A stretch of DNA of 64,000 nt, from positions 96,001 through 160,000 of the forward strand of contig CP045477.1 in NCBI GenBank assembly GCA_009392915.1, in the 5' to 3' direction. This DNA is from Candidatus Forterrea multitransposorum CG_2015-17_Forterrea_25_41. GTDB taxonomy: Archaea; Iainarchaeota; Iainarchaeia; Iainarchaeales; CSSED10-239. The notes below the pieces were generated by a model that was not told the DNA's origin, made no database searches, and was given only the letters and a program-made list of their open reading frames with translations. Below, one piece after another: positions 8,782 to 18,317 of the stretch. Numbering within the stretch: the first letter of the stretch is position 1; each line of letters opens with the position of its first letter. Both the position numbers and the translations under genes were made by a program.

Positions 8782-10524
8782 TTGTTGTTTAGACAACCAA
8801 TAATTACAATAATGGGACACATTGATTCTGGAAAAACAACTTTTCTAGATAAGATCAAGGGTACCGGTATTGCAAAACTAGAAGCTGGTAAAATAACACA
8901 GCATATTGGTGCAACAGAGATATCTTTAGATGTTATTTTAAAAATTTGTTCTCATCTTTTAGAAAAATATAAATTTGAAGTAACTATTCCAGGTTTATTA
9001 TTTATTGATACTCCAGGACATAATGCTTTTGATAATTTAAGAGAGAGAGGTGGATCTTTAGCAGATTTAGTTGTTTTAGTTGTTGATATTAATAAAGGTC
9101 TTCAAGCACAAGATATTGAAACTTTAGAAATATTAAAAATGTATAAAGTTCCATTTATTATTGCTGCAAATAAAATAGATTTAGTTTCAGGATATTTTCA
9201 AGAAGGAAAAGATATCTCTCAAGCTTTAGAAAAACAATCAAAATCAACTGAAGATAAAATAGATGAATTAATCTACAAAATTGTTGGACAGCTTTATGAC
9301 AAAGGTTTTCAAGCTGAAAGGTTTGATAGAATCTCTGACTTTAAAAAACAAATTGCAATTATTCCAACCTCTTGTGAAAAAGAATATGGTTTAACAGAAG
9401 CAATTTTATTTTTATCAGTTCTTTCTCAAAAGTTTTTAGGTCCAAGAATAACACTTGATTCTTCTCAAAAACCACAAGCAACAATCTTAGAGGTTGGAGA
9501 AATAACTGGTATTGGAAAAACAGTTGATGCAATTGTTTATCAAGGAGTTTTAAAAGTAAAAGATAAAGTTTCTTTTCTTTCAAGAGAAGGAGTTATTGAA
9601 ACAAAAATAAAATCTCTTCTTAAATTAAATGTAATGAGTGCAATTAATAAAAAAAGAGATTATAAAAACGTAGATTTTGTATCAGCTGCAAGTGGAGTTA
9701 AAATAGTTGGTCCTGATCTTGATAAATGTATTCCAGGAAGTATTATTGTTTCTTCTGAAGATTTAGATGCTGTTGAAAGATTAAAAGAAAAAACATTAAA
9801 TAGTTTTGTATCATCAGATATTGATGGTGCTTTTCTAAAAACAGATACTTTAGGATCTTTAGAAGCATTAATTAAACTTCTTACAAAAAATAAAATTCCA
9901 ATTGCAAAAGCAGATATTGGTCCTATTACACAAAAAGATATTTTAGAGATAAAAGTTTTAAATCAAAGAGATAAGAAAAAAGGAGTTTTGTTTTTATTTA
10001 ATGCAAATATTTCAAAAGATTTTTTAGAAGATTTAAATAAAGAAAAAATTCCAGTTTTTAAAAATAATATAATCTATAAACTTATAGAAGAACATGCCGA
10101 TTGGCTTTTAAAAGAAAACAAAATTGAAAAAGATAGTTTACTTAAGGAAATTATTTTTCCTTGTGAAATTAAAGTTTTAAAAAACCATATATTCAGAACT
10201 AGTAAACCTGCAATTGTTGGAGTTAAAGTTGTTGCAGGAAAATTAACTCCTGGTTCAAGAGTATTATTAAATGATAAAGAAATTGGAGTTGTTGAAGGAA
10301 TTCAAGCTGAAGGAAAATCTTTAGATATTTTAGAAAGAGGTTCTGAAGCTGCAATTTCAATTAAACATGCAGTATATTTAAAAGATTTTAAAGAGGAAGA
10401 TGTTTTTTCAGTATATGTTCCTGATTCCTCTATTAAAAAACTTGAACAAATGATAGATGATCTTACAAATGAAGAACAAGAAATGTTATATAAAATTAAA
10501 TCAAAAAGAATTAATGTAAATTAA
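8782..10524 (+). CDS. infB: translation initiation factor aIF5B (IF2 homolog)
   Basis: 580 aa; GHIDSGKTTFLDKI G1 motif and DTPGH G3 motif, plus downstream beta-barrel domains; TTG start 3 nt after GGTGG. Confidence 0.8.
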   Translation: MLFRQPIITIMGHIDSGKTTFLDKIKGTGIAKLEAGKITQHIGATEISLDVILKICSHLLEKYKFEVTIPGLLFIDTPGHNAFDNLRERGGSLADLVVLVVDINKGLQAQDIETLEILKMYKVPFIIAANKIDLVSGYFQEGKDISQALEKQSKSTEDKIDELIYKIVGQLYDKGFQAERFDRISDFKKQIAIIPTSCEKEYGLTEAILFLSVLSQKFLGPRITLDSSQKPQATILEVGEITGIGKTVDAIVYQGVLKVKDKVSFLSREGVIETKIKSLLKLNVMSAINKKRDYKNVDFVSAASGVKIVGPDLDKCIPGSIIVSSEDLDAVERLKEKTLNSFVSSDIDGAFLKTDTLGSLEALIKLLTKNKIPIAKADIGPITQKDILEIKVLNQRDKKKGVLFLFNANISKDFLEDLNKEKIPVFKNNIIYKLIEEHADWLLKENKIEKDSLLKEIIFPCEIKVLKNHIFRTSKPAIVGVKVVAGKLTPGSRVLLNDKEIGVVEGIQAEGKSLDILERGSEAAISIKHAVYLKDFKEEDVFSVYVPDSSIKKLEQMIDDLTNEEQEMLYKIKSKRINVN

Positions 10525-10540
10525 AATAAACTGAGGTGTT

Positions 10541-10930
10541 TTGAAAATGAAATTAAATATTGCAGACCCAAAAAAAGCAAAAACATATTCCATAGAAGCA
10601 GATGAAAAAAATAGTCTTTACTTTGTTGGAAAAAAATTAAAAGATGAAGTTGATTTATCTTTCATTGCAGCAGGACTTAAAGGAGTAATTACTGGTGGTT
10701 CTGATAAAGATGGTTTTCCAATGCACGGAGCACTCGATTCAGAAAATAGAAAAAAATTATTATTATCTGGTGGAGTTGGATTTAAACCTACAAGAAAAGG
10801 TGAAAGAAGAAGAAAAAGAGTTGCTGGAAGAATAATTACAACACACATTCAACAAATAAATATTAAAGTAACTGCAGGAGATTCAGCAGTTTTAGAAGAA
10901 AAACATACAAAAAAAGATGAAAAAAAATAA
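10541..10930 (+). CDS. rps6e: 30S ribosomal protein S6e
   Basis: 129 aa; GFPMHGALDSENRKKLLLSGGVGFKPTRKGERRRK is characteristic of S6e. Confidence 0.8.
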   Translation: MKMKLNIADPKKAKTYSIEADEKNSLYFVGKKLKDEVDLSFIAAGLKGVITGGSDKDGFPMHGALDSENRKKLLLSGGVGFKPTRKGERRRKRVAGRIITTHIQQINIKVTAGDSAVLEEKHTKKDEKK

Positions 10931-10957
10931 AAGGATAAAATAAGTAGGTATTAATAT

Positions 10958-12163
10958 ATGAATAATGAAATTCAAGCAGAACTAAATATAGGGATTGTAG
11001 GACACGTTGATCACGGAAAAACAACATTAACTTCAAAGCTAACCGGTAAATGGACAGATAGACATTCTGAAGAAATAAAACAAGGAATTTCTATTAAATT
11101 AGGTTATGCAGACGCAGAGTTCTATATTGATCCATCAGTTTCTGGAATTTCAAGCTATACCTCTCAAAAAACACATCCTTTGACAGGAAATAAAACAGAG
11201 TTGGTTAGAAAAGTGTCATTTGTTGATGCTCCTGGCCACGAAACCTTAATGGCAGTTATGCTCTCTGGAGCTGCATTATTAAATGGTGCAATTTTAGTTG
11301 TTGCTGCAAATGAAGAATGTCCTCAACCAAGAACTATTGAACATCTTTTAGCACTTAAGATGCATGGTATTAAAAATTTAGTTGTTGCTCAAAATAAAAT
11401 AGATTTAGTTTCAAAAGAAGAAGCTCTTTTAAATTATAAAAAACTAAGAGAGTTTTTAGATTCTGAAGGTTATAAGGATTCTCCAATTATTCCAACTTCT
11501 GCTCATTTTGATACAAATATCGATGCTTTAATTTATGCAATTGTAAACACTATTGAAAAACCTTCAATTGAAAAATTATCCTCTAAACCTTTAAAGATGC
11601 AGATTGTAAGATCTTTTGATATTAATAAACCTTCAACAAAATTAAAAGAACTTAAAGGTGGAGTTTTAGGTGGAGCTATTTTAGAAGGTAAAATCTCAGT
11701 TAATGAAAAATGTTTTATTTATCCTGGTTTTGAAAATGGTCCAATTGAGTTTAAAGTTAAATCTTTAAATTCTGAAAAGATTTCTCTTAAAGAAGCACAT
11801 TTAGGTGGACTTATAGCAATTGGAACTGATTTAGATCCTTTCTTTTGTTTTTCAGATAAAATGGTTGGTCAGATTGTTTGTGAAGAAAAATCAAAACCTA
11901 CTCTTTCAAATATTATTAAGATTGATTATAATAAAATAGAAAGATTAATTGAGCCAAATCAATCAGAATTTAAGATTGGAGAAAGAGTTGTTTTAGTTAT
12001 AGGATCTTCTGCTCAAGTAGGAGTTATTAAAAAAATAAATAAAAATAATGAATTTGAAATAATGCTTGCAAGAAATGCAGCTTTTTATCCAAAAAATAAA
12101 GTTGCAGTAAGCAGAAATGTTAATAGTAGATGGAGACTTGCAGGATATGGGGAGATTAAATAA
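10958..12163 (+). CDS. eif2g: translation initiation factor aIF2 gamma subunit
   Basis: 401 aa; NIGIVGHVDHGKTTL GTPase; zinc-knuckle region; the archaeal aIF2gamma-PIN-rpoE-spt4 gene order follows. Confidence 0.8.
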   Translation: MNNEIQAELNIGIVGHVDHGKTTLTSKLTGKWTDRHSEEIKQGISIKLGYADAEFYIDPSVSGISSYTSQKTHPLTGNKTELVRKVSFVDAPGHETLMAVMLSGAALLNGAILVVAANEECPQPRTIEHLLALKMHGIKNLVVAQNKIDLVSKEEALLNYKKLREFLDSEGYKDSPIIPTSAHFDTNIDALIYAIVNTIEKPSIEKLSSKPLKMQIVRSFDINKPSTKLKELKGGVLGGAILEGKISVNEKCFIYPGFENGPIEFKVKSLNSEKISLKEAHLGGLIAIGTDLDPFFCFSDKMVGQIVCEEKSKPTLSNIIKIDYNKIERLIEPNQSEFKIGERVVLVIGSSAQVGVIKKINKNNEFEIMLARNAAFYPKNKVAVSRNVNSRWRLAGYGEIK

Positions 12164-12554
12164 TGTTTTGATTGATACTAATGTATTAATCTATATGTAT
12201 GAAAACAAAAAAGATATCTTTGATTATGTTACAGTTTTAATCCCTGATCCTAAGTTTTTTATTTTAGATAAAGTTTTTGATGAACTTTCAAAAGTTTATA
12301 AAGCTAAACCAAATAAATTTTTAGGTATTAAAAGATATTTAGAAAAATTAAAAGAAATAAATAAGTTTGAAATTATTGAAGTTGGAGAAGATGTTTTAAG
12401 TCTTAGTGTTAAATTTACAAAAATAGATAACTTATTAATATATTACAGTAATAAATATTTAGTATATACAAATGATAAAATATTAAAAGATAAAATTAAA
12501 AAAAAAGGAAATAGAGTTTTAACTTTAAAAAATAATGGTGTTTTATTAATTTAA
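12147..12554 (+). CDS. PIN-domain protein of the conserved aIF2gamma-rpoE neighbourhood
   Basis: NVLIDTNVLIY is an N-terminal PIN signature; overlaps the aIF2gamma stop; the ATG at 12147 is chosen, though the track ORF starts at 12117. Confidence 0.6.
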   Translation: MGRLNNVLIDTNVLIYMYENKKDIFDYVTVLIPDPKFFILDKVFDELSKVYKAKPNKFLGIKRYLEKLKEINKFEIIEVGEDVLSLSVKFTKIDNLLIYYSNKYLVYTNDKILKDKIKKKGNRVLTLKNNGVLLI

Positions 12555-12583
12555 AAAAAAATATAAAAAGAGGAAGATTTTAT

Positions 12584-13213
12584 ATGGGTTATAAAAAATT
12601 TGATGTAGAAGGAATCGTTTCAGTATCTCCTTTAAATTTATCTGGAGAATTAAAAGATATTTTAAAAGAACAATTATCAATTAACTATGATGGTGTTATT
12701 GATAAAGACATAGGTCTTATAATTGCAATAACAGATGTTTTAGATCATAGTGAAGGAGAAATTATTCCTGGAGATTCAGATGTTTTCTTTAAAGTTAAAT
12801 TTAGAGTAATAAGTTTTCTTCCTAAATTACATGAAGTTATTAGAGGTAGAGTTACACAAGCAACTGATTTTGGTGCTTTCATAAATATTGGCCCTTTTGA
12901 AGGTTTATGTCACGTATCTCAAGTAATGCCAGATTTTAATTCTTATAACCCTGAACTTCCTGGTTTCTTTGCAAAAGAAAGTAAAAAAACATTAGTGGTT
13001 GAAGATAAAGTTTTAACTAGAATTTCAAACATTAGTTTTAAGAAAACAATTGCTGAAACAAAAATTGGTCTTACAATGAGACAAACAGGTCTTGGTAAAG
13101 AAGAATGGATTGCAATTGATGCAAAGGCTGAGAAGAAAACTACTAAAAAAACATCTAAAAAAGATGATACTAAAGAAAAAAAGACCACAACTAAAAAAGG
13201 TGGTAAAAAATGA
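12584..13213 (+). CDS. rpoE: DNA-directed RNA polymerase subunit E' (Rpo7) with Lys-rich tail
   Basis: 209 aa; N-terminal Rpo7 fold plus S1/OB domain (GRVTQATDFGAFINIGPFEGLCHVSQV); C-terminal KKTTKKTSKK extension. Confidence 0.75.
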   Translation: MGYKKFDVEGIVSVSPLNLSGELKDILKEQLSINYDGVIDKDIGLIIAITDVLDHSEGEIIPGDSDVFFKVKFRVISFLPKLHEVIRGRVTQATDFGAFINIGPFEGLCHVSQVMPDFNSYNPELPGFFAKESKKTLVVEDKVLTRISNISFKKTIAETKIGLTMRQTGLGKEEWIAIDAKAEKKTTKKTSKKDDTKEKKTTTKKGGKK

Positions 13214-13434
13214 ATAAAAAAGCATGTAGAAAGTGTAGAAAAATTATAGAAGAAGTTGAAGTTAATGAAAAAGGAAAAGAAGAATCTGTAAAGGTTTGTC
13301 CTGTATGTGAAAGTACAAATTTCACAACTTTTTGGAAAGGTTCTGCACTTGTTGTAAATCCTGAAAAATCAGAAATTGGTAAGGCAATGGATGTAACAGT
13401 TCCTGGAAAATATGCCTTAAGATTAAGTAGGTGA
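13210..13434 (+). CDS. spt4: transcription elongation factor Spt4 / RNAP subunit E''
   Basis: 74 aa; CRKCRK...CPVCES zinc ribbon; overlaps rpoE by 4 nt (translational coupling). Confidence 0.75.
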   Translation: MNKKACRKCRKIIEEVEVNEKGKEESVKVCPVCESTNFTTFWKGSALVVNPEKSEIGKAMDVTVPGKYALRLSR

Positions 13435-13437
13435 TTT

Positions 13438-13463
13438 ATAAGTATTATTATACTTATTTTTTA
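13438..13463 (+). terminator. hairpin plus T-tract after spt4
   Basis: ATAAGTAT-tatt-ATACTTAT is a perfect 8-bp stem, followed by TTTTTT. Confidence 0.45.
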
Positions 13464-13570
13464 AGAATGGATTTTACGAAAGTAAAGTCTTAAATTTTTC
13501 TTGAAAATTAGTTTTTTTAAGGAAAATAAAAATCTCTCTCAAAGATTTTAGAAATATAAGGTGAAAATTA

Positions 13571-13981
13571 ATGGAAATAGAATTTGAAAAATCAAGAAAT
13601 GAACTTTTAAATAGAACAAATGTTTTTGTAAAAATAAGAAGTGTTAAAACACCAAGTAAAAAAGAACTTCAAACAAAAGTTGCTTCTGTTCTTGCGTGTG
13701 ATCAAGCATTAGTTGTTGTTGATAAAATTTCTCAAGAATTTGGATCTAAAATTTCAAATGCATATGTTAAGGTTTATGATTCTTTAGAAGTTTTAAAAAA
13801 AATAGAACTTGAACATAATATTAGAGATCTTTTAAAAGAAGAAAAAGAAAAAGAAGATGCTCTTAAGGCTGAAAGAAAAGCAAAAAAAGAAGCTGCAAAA
13901 AAACCAGCTGAACCTGAAAAAGAAGAAGCTGAAAAAGAAGAAGCTGAAGAAAAGTCTCAGGAAGAAGTTAAAGAAGAGTAG
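13571..13981 (+). CDS. rps24e: 30S ribosomal protein S24e with Lys/Glu-rich C-terminal extension
   Basis: 136 aa; the S24e core occupies the first ~100 aa, followed by a KEEKEKE...KKEAAKK tail; SD AAGGTGA. Confidence 0.75.
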   Translation: MEIEFEKSRNELLNRTNVFVKIRSVKTPSKKELQTKVASVLACDQALVVVDKISQEFGSKISNAYVKVYDSLEVLKKIELEHNIRDLLKEEKEKEDALKAERKAKKEAAKKPAEPEKEEAEKEEAEEKSQEEVKEE

Positions 13982-14033
13982 TTTTTAAACAAAAACTAAT
14001 TTTTAAAAAATTGGAAAATTAAGGTGAAAAATT

Positions 14034-14261
14034 ATGGCTAAAAAGAAAGGAGCTAATTCAGTTAAGAAAGGTAAGAAAGCTCATAAGAAAACTGTAAGAG
14101 TTAAAGTGAATAAATTTTATGAAGTTTCTGGCGCAAGTGTTACAAGAAAAGGAAAAGATTGTCCTAAATGTGGTACTGGTGTAAAGATGGGTTCTCACAA
14201 AACAAAAGATGGTCAAGTAAGATATGCTTGCGGTAAATGTGGGACAACAGTTTGGGAATAG
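14034..14261 (+). CDS. rps27ae: 30S ribosomal protein S27ae
   Basis: 75 aa; CPKCG...CGKCG zinc ribbon; the S24e-S27ae pair is conserved in archaea; SD AAGGTGA. Confidence 0.8.
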   Translation: MAKKKGANSVKKGKKAHKKTVRVKVNKFYEVSGASVTRKGKDCPKCGTGVKMGSHKTKDGQVRYACGKCGTTVWE

Positions 14262-14375
14262 TTTTATTTTAAATAAATGTGATTTAATATTTTCTATATA
14301 TTAGATCTCTTTTTATTTTTATTTCCTATTTATTTTTTATTTTTTGAAAATAGAAAAATTAAATTTAAAGAGATT

Positions 14376-14816
14376 TTGTCTAATTTTGGTGTTAAAAAAA
14401 TCTCTTTTAAATATTTTATAAAACATACTTTTATTGTTTTTTTTATTTTGTTATTTATAAGTATGTTTATTAATCTAGTATTTATTTTATTTGGTTTTAC
14501 AGATTTAGGTCTTGTTACTGAAAAAATAAAAACTCTTTCTCCATTTTTTATAGTTTATTTATTAGTTATTAGAGTTTTTTTAGAAGAATGGTTTTTTAGA
14601 GGTTTTTTAGTTTATAAAACAGGTATTTTATTTTCTGCATTTCTATTTGCTGCAGGACATTATGGGTATGGGTCTATTGTTGAAGTAGTGGGTGCTTTTA
14701 TATTAGGTTTAGTTTTAGCTTTCTATTATAAAAAAATAAATAATATTTATCCTCTTTATGCTGCGCATTTTCTATATAACTTAATGGTTATTTTAGTTAC
14801 TTTTTTTACAATTTAA
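14376..14816 (+). CDS. CPBP-family intramembrane metalloprotease (CAAX protease-like)
   Basis: EEWFFRGFL (motif 1 EExxxR), FAAGHYGYG (FxxxH) and AAHFLYN (HxxxN) on a polytopic membrane protein; start uncertain (TTG). Confidence 0.55.
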   Translation: MSNFGVKKISFKYFIKHTFIVFFILLFISMFINLVFILFGFTDLGLVTEKIKTLSPFFIVYLLVIRVFLEEWFFRGFLVYKTGILFSAFLFAAGHYGYGSIVEVVGAFILGLVLAFYYKKINNIYPLYAAHFLYNLMVILVTFFTI

Positions 14817-15261
14817 TTTTAATTAACAATAGTTAATTAATTATATTTTTTAAAAATTAATTTAAAGAAAAGAATAGTGGTATAGTTTAATTTATTAATG
14901 TGTAATATTTTGTATATCTATTTTAGTATTATATATATATAGTTTATGTTCTATTCTTATATTGGATTGAAAAAGCTATTCTTTATAGAGATGATAGAAG
15001 AGCTTTTGTGAGTATTATGAGTATGACAATACAACACAAATCCGATAGTTAGGAGGAGCTAAACTCAACGTGTTTAAACGGAAAAAAAATTAAGGTGTGC
15101 TCCCCTATCTTTAACATTTACTATTTTTATTATTTTCTAATATTATTTTTTCAAATTCTATTTTTTTAAGTAAATCGTAATTTATAAATAATTTTTTAAT
15201 AAGTAACCTAAGTAACAATGTTACATAGGTTTATATTCTTTTTGTTATATGTATTCTTATA

Positions 15262-15624
15262 ATGGTTACAATAAAAAATATGGCTGATAATCCTGAAAAG
15301 ATATGGTTGCAATTTCTTATATTGAGATTGATTTATGAAAATCCAACTTATGGTTATAAGTTAATTAAAGATATTAATAAAATAAGTAATGGAAAATATA
15401 TTGTTAAATCAGGTACTATGTATACTACACTTAGACGAATGGAAAAAAATAAATTACTAAATTCTATTTGGGAAAAAAATGAGTCTGGTCCTAGTAGTAG
15501 AATTTATAATCTAACTATAAAAGGTAAAATGAAACTTAAAAATTTACTTAAAATGGTTGTTGAAAGAAAAAAAATAATAGATCAGTTAATTAAATTTTAT
15601 GAAAAAGAATTTAAAGAACAATAA
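15262..15624 (+). CDS. PadR-family transcriptional regulator
   Basis: 120 aa; LQFLILRLIYENPTYGYKLIKDI...GTMYTTLRRMEKNKLL is a PadR winged helix. Confidence 0.7.
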   Translation: MVTIKNMADNPEKIWLQFLILRLIYENPTYGYKLIKDINKISNGKYIVKSGTMYTTLRRMEKNKLLNSIWEKNESGPSSRIYNLTIKGKMKLKNLLKMVVERKKIIDQLIKFYEKEFKEQ

Positions 15625-15648
15625 ATATAATGTAAATTAAGATTATTT

Positions 15649-15873
15649 ATGAAAATAAAATTACATCAAATATTACTTTGGATTACAATAATTTCTTTAA
15701 TAGTTTTAGTTATATCTACTGTGCCTTTATTAGTTAGTTATTTAAAAAATCTAGATGTTAAATTTCCAATGTTTGTAACTATTCATGTTTGGTCTGGTAT
15801 TATACTATTAGTGGTTGTATTATTAAGAGTTTTTATTAATCGTAAAAAATTAAAGATAATGCTTACTAATTAG
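15649..15873 (+). CDS. small 2-TM membrane protein (PadR operon partner)
   Basis: 74 aa with two hydrophobic helices; sits between PadR and the CARDB gene. Confidence 0.4.
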   Translation: MKIKLHQILLWITIISLIVLVISTVPLLVSYLKNLDVKFPMFVTIHVWSGIILLVVVLLRVFINRKKLKIMLTN

Positions 15874-15897
15874 TTATTTTAAAAATTAAGGAGTTAA

Positions 15898-17103
15898 TTG
15901 ATTAATATGTTTTCAAAAAAAATTATTTTAGTATCTGTTTTATTTTTACTTACATCTTTATTTTCGGGGTTGATTTTCTCTGAAAGATATATAGATAGTT
16001 CTTATGTTCAAGTTATTGCTCAAGAAGTAAGTCCTGAACCAGTAGAGCCTGGTCAAGATTTTTTACTAAAAGTTAGAGTTCATAATTTTGGAACAGTGGA
16101 TGCTAAAAATGTAAAAATTAATCTTGATTTAAATTATCCTTTTTATTTAAAAAATACAAGTGAGTCTTATATTGACTTTAATTCGATTTGTTCTAATTGT
16201 TCTGCAGAAAATACATATTATTTTACAGTTTCAAGTTCTGCAGTTTCAGGGATATATCCAATACATTTTAATATATCTGAAATAAATAATGAAACTGTTT
16301 CTTTTAAACCTCAAATAATAGATATTTCCATATTAGGTAAACCTGATTTAGTTTTAGAAACCATAAAAGTAGATCAAAATATTTCTGCCGGAGATATATT
16401 TAATATTAAATTTTTATTAAGGAATATAGGTACTGGGAATTCTAGAAATATAAAAATAATTCCTAATTCTGATGATTTTATGCTTATTGGGACAAATACT
16501 AAATGGTTTGAAGAATTAGGTCCCAATAAAGAAATTATTTTTGATTTAAATTTTATTTCAAACAAAGATTTAATTTCAAATAGTTATATTTTTCCTATAG
16601 ATCTTGAATTTTTAGGAGAAAAACAAAATTTTTATACCTCTTCATATAATATTGGAATTAATCTTTTAGGAAAAGCAGATTTATCTTTACAAAATTTAAA
16701 AATTACTCCTTTAAACCCTTCTTTAAAAGATTTAATTAATTTTGAAGGAATTATTGAAAATATAGGAAATGGAAAAGCAAATAATGTTTCTTTAGAATTA
16801 TTTGTTTCAAATGATGAGAATTATAAATATTATATTGGTCAATTAAATAAAGATGATGATGCTCCTTTTTATTTTAATGAAATTAAATTTAATTCTGTTG
16901 GAAATAATAAAGTAAATTTGATTGTAAATTATGATGATGATTACGGTAATTATAAAATAGAAATTCCTTTAAATCAAAATATAAATAAATCTAATAATTT
17001 ATCTTTATTTTTTATAGTTTTATTTTTATTTTTGGTTTTATTTTTTAGTTTGTATTTATTAAAAAATAATAAACACAATAAAAATAAAAAAATAAAGAAT
17101 TGA
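15898..17103 (+). CDS. secreted CARDB-domain repeat protein with C-terminal TM anchor
   Basis: signal peptide; at least 3 repeats of a VEPGQDF...NFGTVDAKNVKIN / NIGTGNSRNIKII / NIGNGKANNVSLEL beta-sandwich (CARDB-like); C-terminal hydrophobic helix plus KNNKHNKNKK. Confidence 0.55.
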   Translation: MINMFSKKIILVSVLFLLTSLFSGLIFSERYIDSSYVQVIAQEVSPEPVEPGQDFLLKVRVHNFGTVDAKNVKINLDLNYPFYLKNTSESYIDFNSICSNCSAENTYYFTVSSSAVSGIYPIHFNISEINNETVSFKPQIIDISILGKPDLVLETIKVDQNISAGDIFNIKFLLRNIGTGNSRNIKIIPNSDDFMLIGTNTKWFEELGPNKEIIFDLNFISNKDLISNSYIFPIDLEFLGEKQNFYTSSYNIGINLLGKADLSLQNLKITPLNPSLKDLINFEGIIENIGNGKANNVSLELFVSNDENYKYYIGQLNKDDDAPFYFNEIKFNSVGNNKVNLIVNYDDDYGNYKIEIPLNQNINKSNNLSLFFIVLFLFLVLFFSLYLLKNNKHNKNKKIKN

Positions 17104-17114
17104 TTTAGATTTAT

Positions 17115-18314
17115 ATGAATAAAAAAGATATTAAGCTAATGTTTTTTTTAGCTTATAAAAATATAATTAAAAGTAAATCTACTTTTATTGTAATTGTAGC
17201 TGTAATGGCTATGAGTTTTTTGTCAATAACTTTTTTTTCTGCAATTATTGATGGGTTAAGTTATGAATTTGAAGAGTCGATGATTGATGGTCAAACAGGG
17301 CATTTAATGATCGAACCATCTAATGAAGAAAGTTTTATATTTAATTCTGATAGATTAGAAAAAAATATTTCTAAAATTCCAGGAGTAATTGGTGTTTCTT
17401 CAAGATTAGAATCAAATATTTTAATTACTTATAAAAATGAAGAGCTAGGGGCACCTGTTTTCTTTATTGATCCTATTGATGAACAAAAAGTATCTAATTT
17501 TCATGAAAGTTTAATAGAAGGTAGTTTTCTTTCATATAAAGATACATCTGAAATTATTATTGGTTCTGATTTACTAGAACAGTATGCGCCTATAGATGAT
17601 ACTAAGAAAAGGTTTAATCTTAGAATAGGGGATAATATTATTTTAACTTTTAATAATGGTTATAAAAAAGAATATAAAATCAAAGGTATTTTTAAAACAG
17701 GTTCTAAGTTTAATGATGATAAAATTTTAATTAATAAAGAAGAATATTTTTCAATATTTAATAAAGAAGATATTTCTCATAAAATACTTGTTAAACTTCC
17801 TTCAAGAGGTCTTGAAAAAGAATATATTCAAAAGATAGAAGCTTTAGGAATAATTGAACAGATTAACCCTTGGGAAACTAAGATTGGTATGATTAAACAA
17901 TTTGTAGGAAGTCTTCAAATTACAAATCAGATAACTGGTTTTATAGGTTTATTAACTGCATTTGCAACAATTTACATAATTATTTTTATAAATGTAACTA
18001 ATAAAAGAAAGCAGATAGGTATATTAAAAGCTATAGGTATAAAAAAAAAAATTATTCTTGGATCATATATTATTCAATCTTTTATTTATGGTTTTGTAGG
18101 TGTTATTTTTGGAAATATTATTATGCAAATTTTGTTGGCTTTACTTGCAAGTTATCCATTATCTATGCCTATTGGGGATGTAGTTCCATTACTAACAATA
18201 GGTAAATTATTAACTACCTCTTTTATTTTAATTTTAGCCTCTATTGTTGCAGGTTTTTTCCCTTCTAGAAAAGCTTCTAATGATAATATCTTAGATGCTA
18301 TATTTGGAGGATAG
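17115..18314 (+). CDS. ABC transporter permease, FtsX/MacB-like
   Basis: 399 aa; N-terminal TM, large extracytoplasmic domain, then 3 C-terminal TMs typical of the FtsX-like permease (DUF214). Confidence 0.65.
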   Translation: MNKKDIKLMFFLAYKNIIKSKSTFIVIVAVMAMSFLSITFFSAIIDGLSYEFEESMIDGQTGHLMIEPSNEESFIFNSDRLEKNISKIPGVIGVSSRLESNILITYKNEELGAPVFFIDPIDEQKVSNFHESLIEGSFLSYKDTSEIIIGSDLLEQYAPIDDTKKRFNLRIGDNIILTFNNGYKKEYKIKGIFKTGSKFNDDKILINKEEYFSIFNKEDISHKILVKLPSRGLEKEYIQKIEALGIIEQINPWETKIGMIKQFVGSLQITNQITGFIGLLTAFATIYIIIFINVTNKRKQIGILKAIGIKKKIILGSYIIQSFIYGFVGVIFGNIIMQILLALLASYPLSMPIGDVVPLLTIGKLLTTSFILILASIVAGFFPSRKASNDNILDAIFGG

Positions 18315-18317
18315 ATT

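Noticed and set aside
9359-9583. 74-aa antisense ORF within aIF5B; similarly 10618-10848 in S6e, 12943-13225 in rpoE, 16374-16565 in the CARDB gene, 21722-21943 in traB, 23328-23528, 38695-38901, 47924-48130, 54960-55400, 56182-56869 and 58325-58730/59515-59700
   Set aside because: All lie antisense or out of frame within genes that have strong homology-type motifs; none has an RBS or compositional support.
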